From Azolla caroliniana (Eukaryota; Plantae; Polypodiophyta): DNA of 64,000 nucleotides. The stretch lies in assembly GCA_043228905.1 (NCBI GenBank), contig JBHGNT010000003.1, positions 10,602,001-10,666,000 on the forward strand, written 5' to 3'. Under the pieces are notes generated by a model. That model worked only from the letters and a program-made list of their open reading frames with translations. It was not told the DNA's origin and did not search any database. This document shows, one piece after another, positions 25,300 to 38,252 of this stretch (position 1 is its first letter; the number at the start of each line of letters is the position of its first letter). A program made the position numbers and the translations under genes.

Positions 25300-27237
25300 C
25301 TATAGAGTATCATGTCTATCGAACTGTAAAACTTCCTTGAATACCATTCTCCCAAACTCGATGTTTCCCCAATGTTGACATGTACCAATTAAAGCATGCC
25401 ACATCACAAGATCAGGAGAAAATGGCATCTTTTTTATCATTGATATTGCCTTGTCAAAATTTCCAGCTCGGCTAAGAAAATTCACCATACAAGTGTGATG
25501 CTCTAAGGTTGGCTCAATGCCAAACTCTTGACTCATAGCTTCGAAGTATGTTTTGCTTTTACTAAATATGCTTGTACAATGACAACATGCACTCAGAAGA
25601 ACAAGAAAGGTTACAGAGTTCGGATTCACACCTTCAGATACCATCCTTTCAAATATACTAACTACATTCTCACTTTCTCCAAGTTGGGCATATCCGGTCA
25701 TTAGCACCGTCCATGAGACCCCGTCTCTAACTGGAAGTTTGTCAAAGACTTGTAGTGCTTTAGTAAGCACACCCCATTTGCAATACATATCGAGCAGAGC
25801 AGTTCCGACAACAATGTTTTTATCTAACAACCCTTGTCTTTCAATCTCAACATGTATTTGGCTACCCTTTTCTGTAGCCCCAGTAAGGGCACATGCCTTC
25901 AAGCCACAGATAAATGTGACATCATTTGGATTTACTCCATCGATCCGCATTTGTTCAAAACAATTTAATGCTTCATCATTCCGACAGTGTTCAACATATC
26001 CGGCAATTATTGCGGTCCATGATACCACGTCCTGAACAGGAAGCTTGATAAATATTTCATTTGCTTTTGCAAGAAACCCACACTTGGCATACATATCCAC
26101 AAGTGTATTCCCAATTGCAAGATTGGTCTCCATCAACCCTAGGCGCTCAATTTCAGCATGTATATGTCCACCCATTTCCAAGTCTCTTACATCACTACAA
26201 GCCTTTAAAGTACATACAAATGTGGCAGCATCAGGTATGATACCCTTAACTTGCATCCAGCAAAAGCATTTCAATGCCTCTTTACTATGCCCATGTTCAA
26301 CATAACCGGCAATCATTGTCGTCCACGAGACAGTATCTCGATTTGGAATTTCATCGAACACATGCTTTGCTCTCTCAAGTGAATCACATTTAATATACAT
26401 ATCAATCAATGCATTTCCGACAACAAGGTTTGCGTAGAACACTCTTTGACTTTTGATTTTCACATGCAATTCTTGGCCCTTTTTTCTGGATTTTAAATTA
26501 CTGCAAGCTTTTAAACTACAAATAATAGTGACATGATCGATGAGAAGACCTTCAATTTGCAGTCGTTCGAGACATGACAATGCCATATCATCATGTCCAT
26601 GATGTGTACAACCGTAGATGAGTGATGTCCATGAGATGATTGACCGAGCCTGAAGTTGGCCAAAGATTTGGTATGCATCAGTCAGTAAGCCACATTTACA
26701 ATACATGTCAATCAATGCATTACCAATGAAGAGATTATCTTTGAATACTTTTTTCCGTTGAACTTGGTGATGGATTTGGATTCCTATTGTGGAATTCTTG
26801 AGTTTTGCACAAGCTTTCAAGATTGCCACAAAAGTGTGACTACTAGGTTGTATATGACTAATGTCATCATCACCATTATTATTGGTTTGCATTCTATGGT
26901 ATAAGTTGAGAGCTTTCTTTGGGTTGTTGCCATATTTGACATAGCCATTAATGAGTGAATTCCACGACCATTCATTTTGATAGATTAACTTATCAAAGCT
27001 TTGTTGGGCTATGTCCATGTTACCCACTTGAACCCACATAGGGACAAGATAGTTACCAAGAAATGGATGAGTTTCAAGCCCATGTTTGCACAGAAACACG
27101 TGCAGGGATGAAGCAGAAAGCACACCAGTATTCTCCTTTCCACAGCTTTGCAATGCGTTGGCGATGTCTTCAATGGACAGGTGTGGCAGTGGGTAGCTAA
27201 GCAATGCTTTGTTTCTTATGGGAATTGAACTCAGCAT
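25300..27237 (-). CDS. PLS-class PPR protein with short E extension and no DYW domain; paralog of the gene at 21383
   Basis: ORF 25300-27255; the first ATG (27237) follows a pyrimidine-rich CAG, so an upstream exon is possible. Shares N-terminal LGNYLVPM.V.VG...WSWN.LI.GYVK and C-terminal HHTCMVNFLSRAG/MWHALIGTC with the neighbouring gene. Confidence 0.92.
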   Translation of the reverse strand: MLSSIPIRNKALLSYPLPHLSIEDIANALQSCGKENTGVLSASSLHVFLCKHGLETHPFLGNYLVPMWVQVGNMDIAQQSFDKLIYQNEWSWNSLINGYVKYGNNPKKALNLYHRMQTNNNGDDDISHIQPSSHTFVAILKACAKLKNSTIGIQIHHQVQRKKVFKDNLFIGNALIDMYCKCGLLTDAYQIFGQLQARSIISWTSLIYGCTHHGHDDMALSCLERLQIEGLLIDHVTIICSLKACSNLKSRKKGQELHVKIKSQRVFYANLVVGNALIDMYIKCDSLERAKHVFDEIPNRDTVSWTTMIAGYVEHGHSKEALKCFCWMQVKGIIPDAATFVCTLKACSDVRDLEMGGHIHAEIERLGLMETNLAIGNTLVDMYAKCGFLAKANEIFIKLPVQDVVSWTAIIAGYVEHCRNDEALNCFEQMRIDGVNPNDVTFICGLKACALTGATEKGSQIHVEIERQGLLDKNIVVGTALLDMYCKWGVLTKALQVFDKLPVRDGVSWTVLMTGYAQLGESENVVSIFERMVSEGVNPNSVTFLVLLSACCHCTSIFSKSKTYFEAMSQEFGIEPTLEHHTCMVNFLSRAGNFDKAISMIKKMPFSPDLVMWHALIGTCQHWGNIEFGRMVFKEVLQFDRHDTL

Positions 27238-29887
27238 CTGAAGAGATGAGAACAAAGGAGATCTCCATATATGGATGAATTGAGCATAGAAGTTAGTTTA
27301 GATCAAAACCGTATATGTATACATACAGACATACGATTATGTGCAGAGAGAACATACATACATACATACATACATACATACATACAATACCATATCTCTT
27401 GTTTAGGGGACACTATCATTATATACACACACATGTTTTCAAGCAAACATCTCACAGTTTCAAAATACTTTGAAATATTCACAAAATACTTTGTTTCATC
27501 TATTATAACTTGTTTGACGATTTTATGAAGAAAAGAACAATGGCAAAATAGACAAACCATTATCAATATGTATTGAAGTAAAACCTTTATCTCTTCGTAT
27601 ACAGACTTGTCATGTGCATGCAAATGGCAGATTAGACATGGGTATATGGCTATGGATATGAATTTGTATTGATTATCATGTTGCTCATTATATTGTATTT
27701 GTAGTTTGATAATTAATTAGGATAGTTTCCTTCCAAGCTATAAACCTAGGTTTGACTCTTGATAAATGCTCTTGTTGAACATCAATGATTTGGATGGTTT
27801 AGTTATGGTTAGTGTAGGTGACTTTTGTATTTTGCCATACATATATACTTGTTAGATGCACAATCCTAATAAGGGATTACATGATCTAGTTCTAGGGAAC
27901 AAATGTGGCTATGTATTGGCATATATATCACGTGTTAGACGTGCAATTCTACATTTTCTAATAAGGAGATAATAATTACATATAGTAAAAGCTTTATTGA
28001 TTTTGTGGCAAACTCCTCTTTATCTCTCTAATCACATGATAGACCCGACTTTGAATTTATTTCCATTTGGTTCACCATATCGCATTTGTAATCAACAATT
28101 TGGATAATTTCCTTCCACATAGAAGATCTAGGTTGATTCCCAATAGATTCACTTGTCAAAGACTACGGCTTGTAAACCAATGTGTGGGATTATTGCCTTT
28201 CACACAACCAGGCATATACTCTTGTTACATGTGTGAAGTAGACTTTGTTGAAGATGTGACTTGTGGTCCAGAGTGGGACGATTGAGTTAGTATGGAAACC
28301 TTAGAGGCAATTCGGGTAGTAGGGGTATTTTATTAGCCAAAGTTCATGGAACTCATACATCATCTAGTATATGCTCAATTTCTTGCAACAAGATCAATAC
28401 ATGTTTTTTTGAATCAAATGGTGTTAAAGTAAGAAACTAGGACCGTCTATATGTGCCATGAATGAGCTTAATTATGAGAAATTGCTTGTTTGTTGGATCT
28501 TGCAAATTTTGCTTTAAAGCACACAATCCTTGCAAAGAAGCTCTAGCATCAAACAATTGTTGAAGCTATTGGTGGGCATGCGATCTTCTCAAGTGCAATC
28601 TCATAATGTAATTAACCTTTGTGGGTTCATTTCAAGAAAGCTACTTGTGAAATTTTATTCAACCTCGCTACCATTCTACATGCTCTAATGCTATTGTATT
28701 TGCTTCAACTCAAATCTCGCAAATCAATCATGCATTCACAAGCTTGTTACATCAACTTTTGACAGTTGTGTTGCTAGCCCCAACTCCTCTGAGCTCTCTC
28801 TCAGCTTGCATCCACGAACCTTATCTAGGATGATGTTTCATCCACTTCTCTTAGCCAATGCTCCATCCACTTCTCTGAGCTCTCACCGTTTGATGCTTTA
28901 CCCACTTTTACAATCCCTTTCTAGATAGATGTTTTGTGTGTCTCAGTTACTCCTCCCTAGATCTTATGGCATGTCCTCTCCAATGAACTTTGGGTTGATG
29001 GCTAATCAAAATCCTTGAGAGAGACATGTTAGGATTTTGGTTTTTGGAGTGGTCCTTTTCTTGTGCACCATCAAACATGTCCAACTTAAATTTCTCCATG
29101 TTCTCCCAATTAGTTCCTCTATACATACATAGTCATTGCACCAACCAACTTAGCGACAATGTACACAATTTCCATCATTAACTAGTTCATCTTCATCCGA
29201 TGTTGCATGACCTCTAAATGGAACCTTATATTTTCTCGTCTAAAAGGATATATATATATATATATATATATGTTATTAATTAGGTTTTAGTATAAAAAAT
29301 AATAAATTTGTAGTTGAGACTCTTGAAAGATGAAAAGGCCCAATAATACATTGGTAAGAAGAATGAATTGTATAGCCAAGAAGACCTCATAGTTTTTGGC
29401 AATGGACTTCAACAACTTAGGCCCATTTTTTTTATTTATTCTAACATATTCCAGCTCCCATCCAAATGCTATTTGGATTTTTATTTTGTTCCTTGATCCT
29501 CCTCCTCTACTTCGTGTGTCTTGGAAGCGCTTCCTTTTCTCAAAATCTCTCATAATGTTGGGCCAAATTTTAGATTTGGTAGATAGAATATAAAAAGGCT
29601 TTCCATTCTTTCTTTCCAACTACTGTAGTGAAAGTTAAAAAAGAGGTTCGAGAATTTTGGCTGCTACACACCTTTCTCCTTTCAACTTCTTCCATGAGCT
29701 TCATATGAATACCATTCATATGGTTGGCATATATGTACCATTCAAATGATTAAGCGCTCAAATTCCGGAAGGTCAGTCGGTTTATTAATTCTCATGCTTC
29801 TGCGTCTGATTCTTCTTTTCTTTTTGGAAATCAATCGATCAATCAATCGATCAATCAATCAATCAATCAATCAATCGGTGGTCATCC

Positions 29888-32800
29888 ATGGAAATTGAAA
29901 GCTCTTCCCACTTCTCTCCCTCTGAGGCTTACGATCAGGTAAAAGCCCTAAACCCTCTTCTCTTCTCTTCTCTTCTTTTAATCCTGAATGTCCGTAGTAA
30001 TGAATCTTTCCTTTCCTTCCACTTGCCCTAGTCTAGTCTTCCTCTTCCCCCCTGGGATCACTTAGGTGTCAAATAGCAGATTCAATTGAAAATTTGTCTT
30101 CTTATCCTGTCAGACTTGATGAACGTTGATAATATTTTCCTTTTGCCCTTCTTTCTCACTGCTTTTCCTAGCCATGTTTTCTTGAATCTCATCAATAATT
30201 CCTTTCTCTTCTCTTTATCCTATGGAAAAAAAGCTCTTTCGGCTTGAACGCAATCTTCTTGCTGCCACAACAGCAAAAGGGCCCTTTGATCCTGCAGTCA
30301 GGCGCTTGAGGACTGACATTCGTGATCGCTATGAAGCGCTCATCTTGCATAATCCTGCCTTCAATGACGTTTTTGATGTCGAGCAATCCCTCTGGCGCCT
30401 CCATTACCGAGAGATTGAAGGTTTCCGACTCAGAATCCGAAAACTTAGTACTGCCTCCAAAGTCCCTCTTGGTATGGAAAAACAGGAAGGAGAAGCGAAT
30501 AACACCAGGAAGAGAAAGAAAGGTAACAACAAGGAAGAGCCTCTGCTACGCGCTCTTATGTCCTTCAAGAGCTTCTTAGCTGAAGCAACTGGTTTCTTCC
30601 ATGACTTGTATATCAAGATTAGACTCCAGAATGGCGTAACCTCAGAAAGGTTTCTGAGCGAAAGTAATCCGAGCGATGAGTTTAGGAGGTGTATGGCTAT
30701 ATGTCATAGAATTCTGATATATCTCGGCGATCTTGCAAGATACAAGGAGGTTAATGGAGTGATGGATATCACAACACGGGATTGGAGAGTCGCAGCTGCG
30801 TACTATAAGCAAGCTACTGTTATATGGCCTTGCAGTGGAAATCCCTACCATCAGGTCAGGATATGAAATTACTTCATCTTTTTTACTTCAATATCTACCT
30901 AAATGACATGCACTCACTCATGGCATGGCATGGCATGGCATGCCATCAAGTTTTTCTTTTCCATTCTATATATACAGGACCAACTTATTCTGAATACCAT
31001 CGACTTTCTTTCTTTCTTTCTTTCTTTCGCCAAATTACTGTGAGCTTTCAAATAGAACCTGAAAATGAATGATAGTATGGGAACCATGTAATTGCTCAAA
31101 TAACGCATGTAATTGAGGCAAATTAGATTATTTTATCGTTTGTTTAGTTTCTGAAATAGCACATATAATTGCTCTTTTGGGTTACCAAGAGTATTTGTGG
31201 AAATAACAAAACATTAGAGGCATTTGGGGAAATAGCAAAAAACTCAAGAGCTACCGAGAAGTTTTCACTATATTTTTTTCAGGGTCAACCAAGATCATTT
31301 ATGGGAATAACAAAACATTAGTTGAATTTGGGGAAATAAAGAAAAAGGTCATTCAAGTGTTAGGCACAACGTTAACTTCTTGTCATTGTTGAACATATGA
31401 CAATGTTGATATGCGTGATCATATAAGTATCTGTCTATCGTGTTGTCTTCTATACTGTGGCAAATTTTGATCATTTTCAAGTGCCATGTCTTATGTAAAC
31501 TGATTACACATCTACCTTGTGGCAGCTGGCTGTGCTTTGTACTTATTGTGGAAATTGCATGTCAGCATTATATTTGTATTGCCGATCTCTGGCTGCCAGG
31601 GCACCTTTCCAAACAGCTTGGGATAATTTAGACATGCTCTTTGAGAAGGTGAGATATCAAGAAAAGATCCAGTGTTTTAACTATGTCTAGGTTTTTCAAA
31701 CCTTGAGATATTGGGATATGGTGAGAAGCCACTTTATTTTGTTGTGGAGATTCTTTTTCTTGCCATTATGAATGTAGTATCTTTAGATTGAATATAGTGA
31801 TGCATCGAATTTGGTTTCCTCCCTGCAGAATAAACAACTTCTTCAGCAAGCTCATCCTCCACAAGACTGTGGTGAGAAGGAAGGTTAGTTTATTCAGAGT
31901 ATTTGGCACAAATCGGAAAGTTTTATGATTCATCTATCCTATCAACTTACGTGATGTAGGGTCTCGGACCATGTTTATCATGTACTTCATCGACCTTGTT
32001 TGTGTTCTTTTGCGTCGACCAAGGTGGGAATATTAAACCGATTTCTTATGACTTTCATAGCAGATATAAGTTATTCCAGATGATTTGTGTTCTAATTGCA
32101 TTCTACCATAAGTTTAATGTTCGTGATATAGAAATAATGGATTTACATGCTATCGTGGCAGTGCGGATGAGATTGATGTAGCATTTGATGCTGCAGAGAG
32201 AGAATTTGAGCAGATATTTCATGGTGAATTTTATTCAGATAATAGGGCTACGCCATCGGATAAACTTGCATGTAATGCGCCACTTGTTTTGCAAGTGATC
32301 ACAGTTCTGATTTTTTGCATGCATCAAATTGGTGGAAAACCTGAAATGTTGAACCAGAGTCATCTTCTAACCAGAACTTTGATATTTGCTATCAAGTTCA
32401 GTTCTATGCTAAATATGGTGGTTGAAGAAGCAGAGTCAGCCTTTCCAGTAGCAGTTATTCTTGTAGAATGGTTTGCAAACCAGCCTGATTCTCTTTTGGT
32501 AATCCAAAGAGACAAAATTGCAGCATCGAGTTTCTCTGAGTTTTGTGAGGGAATGATTTCTCTTGATGCTTCTTTACTTAATAAATTTACAGTGGATGAT
32601 GAACTGAGGGACAATGATCTCTTTAGAGGTTTTGATGAGGCTCAAATGGAAGATCATGAACTTTATGGGTTTATCCCTCTTGACTCTATTCATGTAAATC
32701 TGGATTTCAAAACACAGCCTGTGAGATATGGGATCCATGATTTAGTAACATTTTCATCGTGGAAGAAGAGATATACCGAAGCTCTAGAGAAGGCATGCAA

Positions 32801-33440
32801 AATCTCAAAATCACACGATATAAATGAACATAAAGCAAAAACTGAAGATTCGACGGATGGCATTAAACTGACCCTGTCGCTCAAGGAGTGGATTGATAAA
32901 ACATTATTTTCTACAACAGACTTGAGACGCGAGCCTGTCGTCGATGAAGAAGCTATTCAACACCAGGAAAATATTGTAAATTTAGATGTTAAAATGGTTT
33001 CTACAGATATTTGTGTTCCTGAAAATACAACAGTGAGATGCATTTCTCATCCAAAGGTCAATGCACAACAATTGATTTCTGAAACATCAGTTAGAGTAAA
33101 CTCCGGTGAGCAAGCTTTGGAGGAGAATAAAGAGAATCTATATGATATGACAAGGATGAGGGGAAATGCATCGAATTGTGCACGTGCTGATTACTTACGA
33201 AACTTCAGAGTGGTCAAATTGTCTACCAATGAACATCAGAACTCTCTTCCAGTAGCGTGCCTTGATCAGATTACACACGTTGAGCCTAGTAGTTTTATGG
33301 ATTCTATTGTAGACACAAGGTTAAGACACTCTTTGAACAATGCATTCAGAAAGAATACAAGGTCGCTAAGATATGATGGCCTGCTCACCTATGAAACTCA
33401 GAACCCATTTGTACGTCGGTTGGAAAGTCTATCAGAGTAG
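29888..33440 (+). CDS. SMG7/EST1-like (nonsense-mediated decay / telomerase-associated) protein, 6 exons
   Basis: Exons 29888-29938, ~30234-30854, 31526-31648, 31829-31883, 31960-32023 and 32162-33440. EST1 motifs YEALIL, LWRLHYREIEGFR, FLAEATGFFHDL, LIYLGDLARYK, WPCSGNPYHQLAVL, AWDNLDMLFEKN, EDHELYGFIPL. Confidence 0.9.
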
Positions 33441-34489
33441 TGACAAGTTGAGTGGCAGAGAGTTGGTTTTTGTGGTCAATGGCAAGCCGTTTTTAGACAT
33501 CTTTGAAATCCCTTAACTGGACGGATGTCTAAAAGAAATGTAACTTCTCATGAGAATTCTGAGATGAATGTTTTATACCCAGCTACCCATTACTCAAGAA
33601 TGATTGAATGGGTGTCCCGTTGCACCATTGCACATAGAGTAATATCAGAACATTATGCACTTTTCTGAAATACTCTTTACATGCCTGCTTTATCAAACTT
33701 GGCCCAGTAATGTTTCCATTCAGGTTGTCAGGTTTAGTGACTCGATATAAGCGATTAAAGGATGGATTATGATCTTTGAGAGGCAACCTGTTTCTAACAC
33801 CATCGTTCTTATTAGATATTCCATGTCAGTCTCTATAATATTGATGATCCCCTTGTCTCAATGCAGTTGCTTTAATTAATTTTTGAGAGAAGATTTAGGG
33901 GGAGTCTTAAACTGTAGATAATCATCTTTGTGGTTTTGGCCCCATTTCTCGAGGATACAAAACATCTATCTACGACCGACACAGATTGATTAGATAAATA
34001 TATGTGAATTTTTTCTCATATAATATGATGTGGATGTGCTGGGCAAACACATATTCAATGCTACAGGTATAATGATAGTGCTGGGATTTCATCAAATCAG
34101 GTTGTGAGAAGATTTGGGTATCTCCGTTCATTTTACTATATCAGTTTCCTCAGGTTTATGAAAACACAGAAGTGGAATCACTCACCTTTTTCTTTCTTGC
34201 TATCGTTTCATTGATGATTGTTCACTAGCCATGCTTCTCAGCAGAAATGATGTAATAACCGTTTAGTTGTGTTGTCCATGATGTAGAACATTTGCTTAGA
34301 ATCAAATAGCATACTTGTTTCCTCCATCATGTATCCACCTGAGGTTGATTGGACCAGTCTCTGAAATCGAATAAATTCGAAGTCAACAAGAAATTGAGCC
34401 GTTTTTTCTCCAGGAGTCTAATGGCCTAAGGAGAACTAAGTAAATTAATTCCCATTAATCTACATGAGTTCAAGAACTTAAAATGATTG

Positions 34490-34491
<2 letters not shown>

Positions 34492-34521
<30 letters not shown>
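34492..34521. repeat. (CT)n microsatellite, representative of many SSRs: (AT)n ~2008 and ~29248, (GT)n ~3946, (GA)n ~4989, (CA)n ~8556, (ATCA)n ~29830, (TACA)n ~27352 and ~61123
   Basis: Direct reading of the sequence. Confidence 0.95.
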
Positions 34522-34525
<4 letters not shown>

Positions 34526-35132
34526 AATGTTTTTTATGTCTGTTTCTGTTTCCTATTTATATTACTGCTTACATTCTTTTTGGTGTGAGATGGGGTATCA
34601 GCAGGGAGACATGTCAATTATGCATGCTCTTCCTAGAGCATGTTGTTTTGTCTGTGCATGCATGTATGTATCACTTTGCTTTAATGCTCTCTTCTCTACC
34701 TTCGATAACATTCATGTTCCAAGCTTTTTTAAACCTGATAAGCTCGAACACATTCCTCTCCTAGTGACAATGTGATGCTAATTAGTAGAAATATTGAATA
34801 TCAGAGTGTCACCGATAAACTCCACCCCTATGTGGAAATTTTCCACCTTTGACTTGTTAGGATGATCGTAAATCTCTTTGTCTTGGTCTATGAACTTCCT
34901 TAAAACTCCTTGGCCTTGAGGTGTTGGGTATAAAGATTTAAGAATACTTTGTTTGTACCATTTTTAAATGCCATTTCATCCTGCAATATCTTAAGAGGTT
35001 TGAGGACATATTCAGGTCACTTGGCCAGTGATCTTTTGTCCAACTGCCTTAATGTCACATTAAATTCCAATATTGTGCAGTTTAACTTAAAATTTTGGTT
35101 GCCTTAAGTTTGGAGTTTATTTTGCATGGAAT

Positions 35133-35700
35133 ATGGGCAACAACATAAGTGATCTTAAATCATTGTATGAGATCAAAACATTTGATGGCACAAGCTTTGA
35201 TTTGTTGAAGATTAGGATGCATGGCATCCTATTTCTTATGGAATATGACCATGCTTTGAAAAGTAATAAGTTAACCACTTTGATAAATCGCTCTTAGTTT
35301 AAGTCGAATAAGAAAGGTAGTGCATATGCTTATATGTTGTGAGAGATGAAATCCTTGTGAAGCTCAACAATTGCAACACTTCTTATGAAGTTTAGGAAAA
35401 GCTAAGAGTAACTAACAACAAAAACACTACCCTTGTAAATCAAGTGCATTTGATGAGAAAACTAGCCGAAGAGTGCAAATCAACACACAACCCCTTGCCC
35501 TCACCTCTAAGAACAGTCTTGATGAGTAGACCATTTCAACGGTGGACGAAAAATCAATTATTCAAGTGTGAAAGCTGCAAAAAGCCATATTTGATCTAAT
35601 GAATTTTCTTACCAACAAGGAGACATTGATAGTCTTAGTGTCTAGTAATTCCAACCTGATGTTTTATGAACTAAATGTCTTATCTTAAATGAAGAGATAT
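35133..35700 (+). mobile_element. Decayed Ty1/Copia gag fragment
   Basis: MGNNISDLKSLYEIKTFDGTSFDLLKIRMHGILF...VNQVHLMRKL resembles the Copia gag N-terminus; many disruptions. Confidence 0.5.
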
Positions 35701-36148
35701 GAAGGAAGAAGCAACATAAATTTTAATGCGAAACACGAGCAAAAGCAGATACAAGCATGATGCTAATTGATATTGATGTCATGATGTAGGATGTGCAACG
35801 GAGAAAAATGCATATGATATGAGTAAATAGAAGGATCTAGTAGATGAACATAGCTAAAGTGGAAAGAGTTAACCATTTGAATGATAAGGTGTAGGGCTCA
35901 AATAACGTTAGGGTTACCGATGGGAGAAATGTGATGAGTAGCACACAAGGATATATTGATGAGGTATATGATAAAATCAAGAAGGAAAAAGTACATTTTG
36001 CATAAGTCAAGTATCGTGGACAAGTGCTACAAAAAGAAGTTACTATTTTGGTAAGCAGGTTCTTTAAACATATACAAAAAGGAGGAGAGCTCATTGCTAG
36101 GGATCGACATTTTGAGAAGGAAATCTAGGCCTTGTTGATGGGTGGATT

Positions 36149-36872
36149 TTTTAGAGATTATTCCTAATGTAAGCATGCAATAAGGAAAAAAATGCTAGAT
36201 AGACAAGAGAAAAGAGAGAGAGAAGGGTGTCGATCCACCCGACCATCCCCAAACAGAGGGATCAAGACAGATTCAAGCCTTGATCGGTGTCCCATACCAC
36301 CACCATGGCATCGAGTCGTACTTGGTACTGACACGTTCGCTACAAGAGTCTATTCACTACAAGATCATAGTCTCGATGTAGTCGAACGATGTCCCTAATG
36401 AGGGTAGCTAGTGTTATGGGCATGACCATATAATATCTTGTGGTAAGTTTTAGCCCTAATATTCTATACACATGGATAAAGTGTGAGGGTTAAACGAGAG
36501 CGTAAAGAATACTACGGTAAAACTTACCACGGGATATTATATGGTCATGCCCGTAACATATTAAAAGTAATCCTTCCCTTCTTTACACTTTCGTTTAACA
36601 CTCACACTTTATCCACGTGTATAGAATACTACGACAAAACTTACCCCGAGATATTATACGGTCATGCCCGTAACAGCTACGCCTCATATTTATAGCCAAA
36701 CCTAAGGCCCTCATGCAAGTTCACACTTGGCCCTTATGGGTTGTCTCAATTCCTAGGATTACAAGTAATCCTCCTTTCTTTACACTCCTGATTAATCCTC
36801 ACACTTTATCCTTGTGCGTAGAATACTATGATACAACTTATCACGGGATAATTTTTTGTCATGCTCGTAATC
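36149..36872 (-). mobile_element. Solo LTR of the 13458-20343 chromovirus family, interrupted at 36412-36675
   Basis: 36149-36411 and 36681-36872 are the diverged reverse complement of the 455-bp LTR; ends degraded and no clear TSD. Confidence 0.85.
36412..36675. mobile_element. 264-bp insertion made only of LTR U3 termini in inverted arrangement
   Basis: Starts TGTTATGGGCATGACC and ends GGTCATGCCCGTAACA; flanks GCTAG/GCTAC where the intact LTR has a single GCTAG. Confidence 0.85.
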
Positions 36873-37550
36873 AGTGTTGGGCAAAGTTTCTAGTCCCTAC
36901 TGGAAAATTTTCTATTGCTTATGATCCTAACCGAAAATTAAAATTTTTAACCGGCCACTTTCCTATGAGTCATAATGTCAACCGGAACATGTTCAAAAAA
37001 CGTTTTTCGGCACATAGGGATTTGTTTTTGCCACATCCAATTATATCAAACTAATGAAACATCTTAATCAAATTCACAAGCTTTTATAACCTTATGTTTT
37101 CTTAATGAACCATTTACCGTCGTGATGGCCAAAGACTTGACTTTGAGGCTCGATATCGAATGTCATTTGGCAACGCACAAATATTTCAAGCTTCAATACT
37201 ACTCATATCTCGTCTATATCTAAGTTGTTTACAATGTACAGATACATTTCTAGGCAATTAGTCTCTCTTATGCAAGCAAAAAATCATGGCATTTGGTACT
37301 TTGGTTATCCATACTCAAAATCAAAATGTTTGAAAAACTTTTGTTTATCCAATCATGGTTGTTTAAGGCCTATCAATTGTTTCATGGCCTTATCTGGTTT
37401 GTTTATCAATCATTCTGGCTTTGTGAATTCATTGAGCTCTGCAATGGGAAAAAGGAACAAACCATACTTTTATATAGCTTTGAGCAACCACCAACATTGC
37501 CAATTATCATATGTTTTGTATCTATAAAACCAGAAGTATTACAACCATAC

Positions 37551-38252
37551 ATTTTTTTGGATGAACTTAGCCCGCTGTGCAAATTTCAATGTGCTCATGT
37601 CTCATCGGCACACCTGTAATAAAGAGAGGTTACCAATGTTAGCCCACTTACAACAGATCAATAGTTTTGAGGTTTGAGGTTGGTAATAACCATCAACATG
37701 TTTCTGTGTCAGTTTGTAAGGTTGAACAAAATTGTTAAACAAGGTTTCTTGCTAGACTAAGATAGAAGGGTTCACTGTAGCAATAATGGTTATTTTCGAC
37801 TTACCACCCAAGGAATCCTGTATTAAACATCTCTCCTTGAATCATCATCAACTACAAAATTTCATGTCCTGATAATCTAGGTAAACTTATATAGTAACGT
37901 ACTTGAAGTAAGAATGTGAGTTTGGAATCTCAGTAAGGTACATGATGTTGTTCTCCATGTGCAATGTCCACCAACACCACGATCACTAAACTGGAATGAC
38001 AATTATATTTGATAACTTTATGAAACAAAGTGCACATTTAATATAACATCGTAGAATAAGAGATTTCCTTACCCAAGTGTGGAAAGAGATTTATTAATGC
38101 TTGTAGCCTCTCTCAGTCCGATCACTGTTTGCCCAAGAGCTCTTTTGTCTGCCAAATAGATTTGCATGATCAATCAACTGATAATTTGTGCTTCTTATAT
38201 CTTTACAAGAGAGTGAGTGAGAACCAAGCAACCTCTCTGAACCTGCAAGAGC
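37551..38252 (-). pseudogene. Kinesin-12-like motor-domain gene fragment with introns, disabled
   Basis: Minus-strand exons: ~38252-38233 (LAGSER), 38148-38073 (QKSS..LREATSINKSLSTLG, frameshifted), 37990-37903 (LVIVVLVDIAHGEQHHVPY*DSKLTFLLQ), 37817-~37760 (DSLGGKSKITIIATVNPS), 37613-37551 (CADET..STLKFAQRAKFIQKN, frameshifted); mostly GT-AG borders. Confidence 0.88.

Noticed and set aside
21387-26305. Many antisense ORFs over the PPR genes
   Set aside because: Shadow ORFs of repetitive coding sequence
28040-29230. Possible LINE and gag remnants
   Set aside because: Only faint motif resemblance; no boundaries or intact motifs
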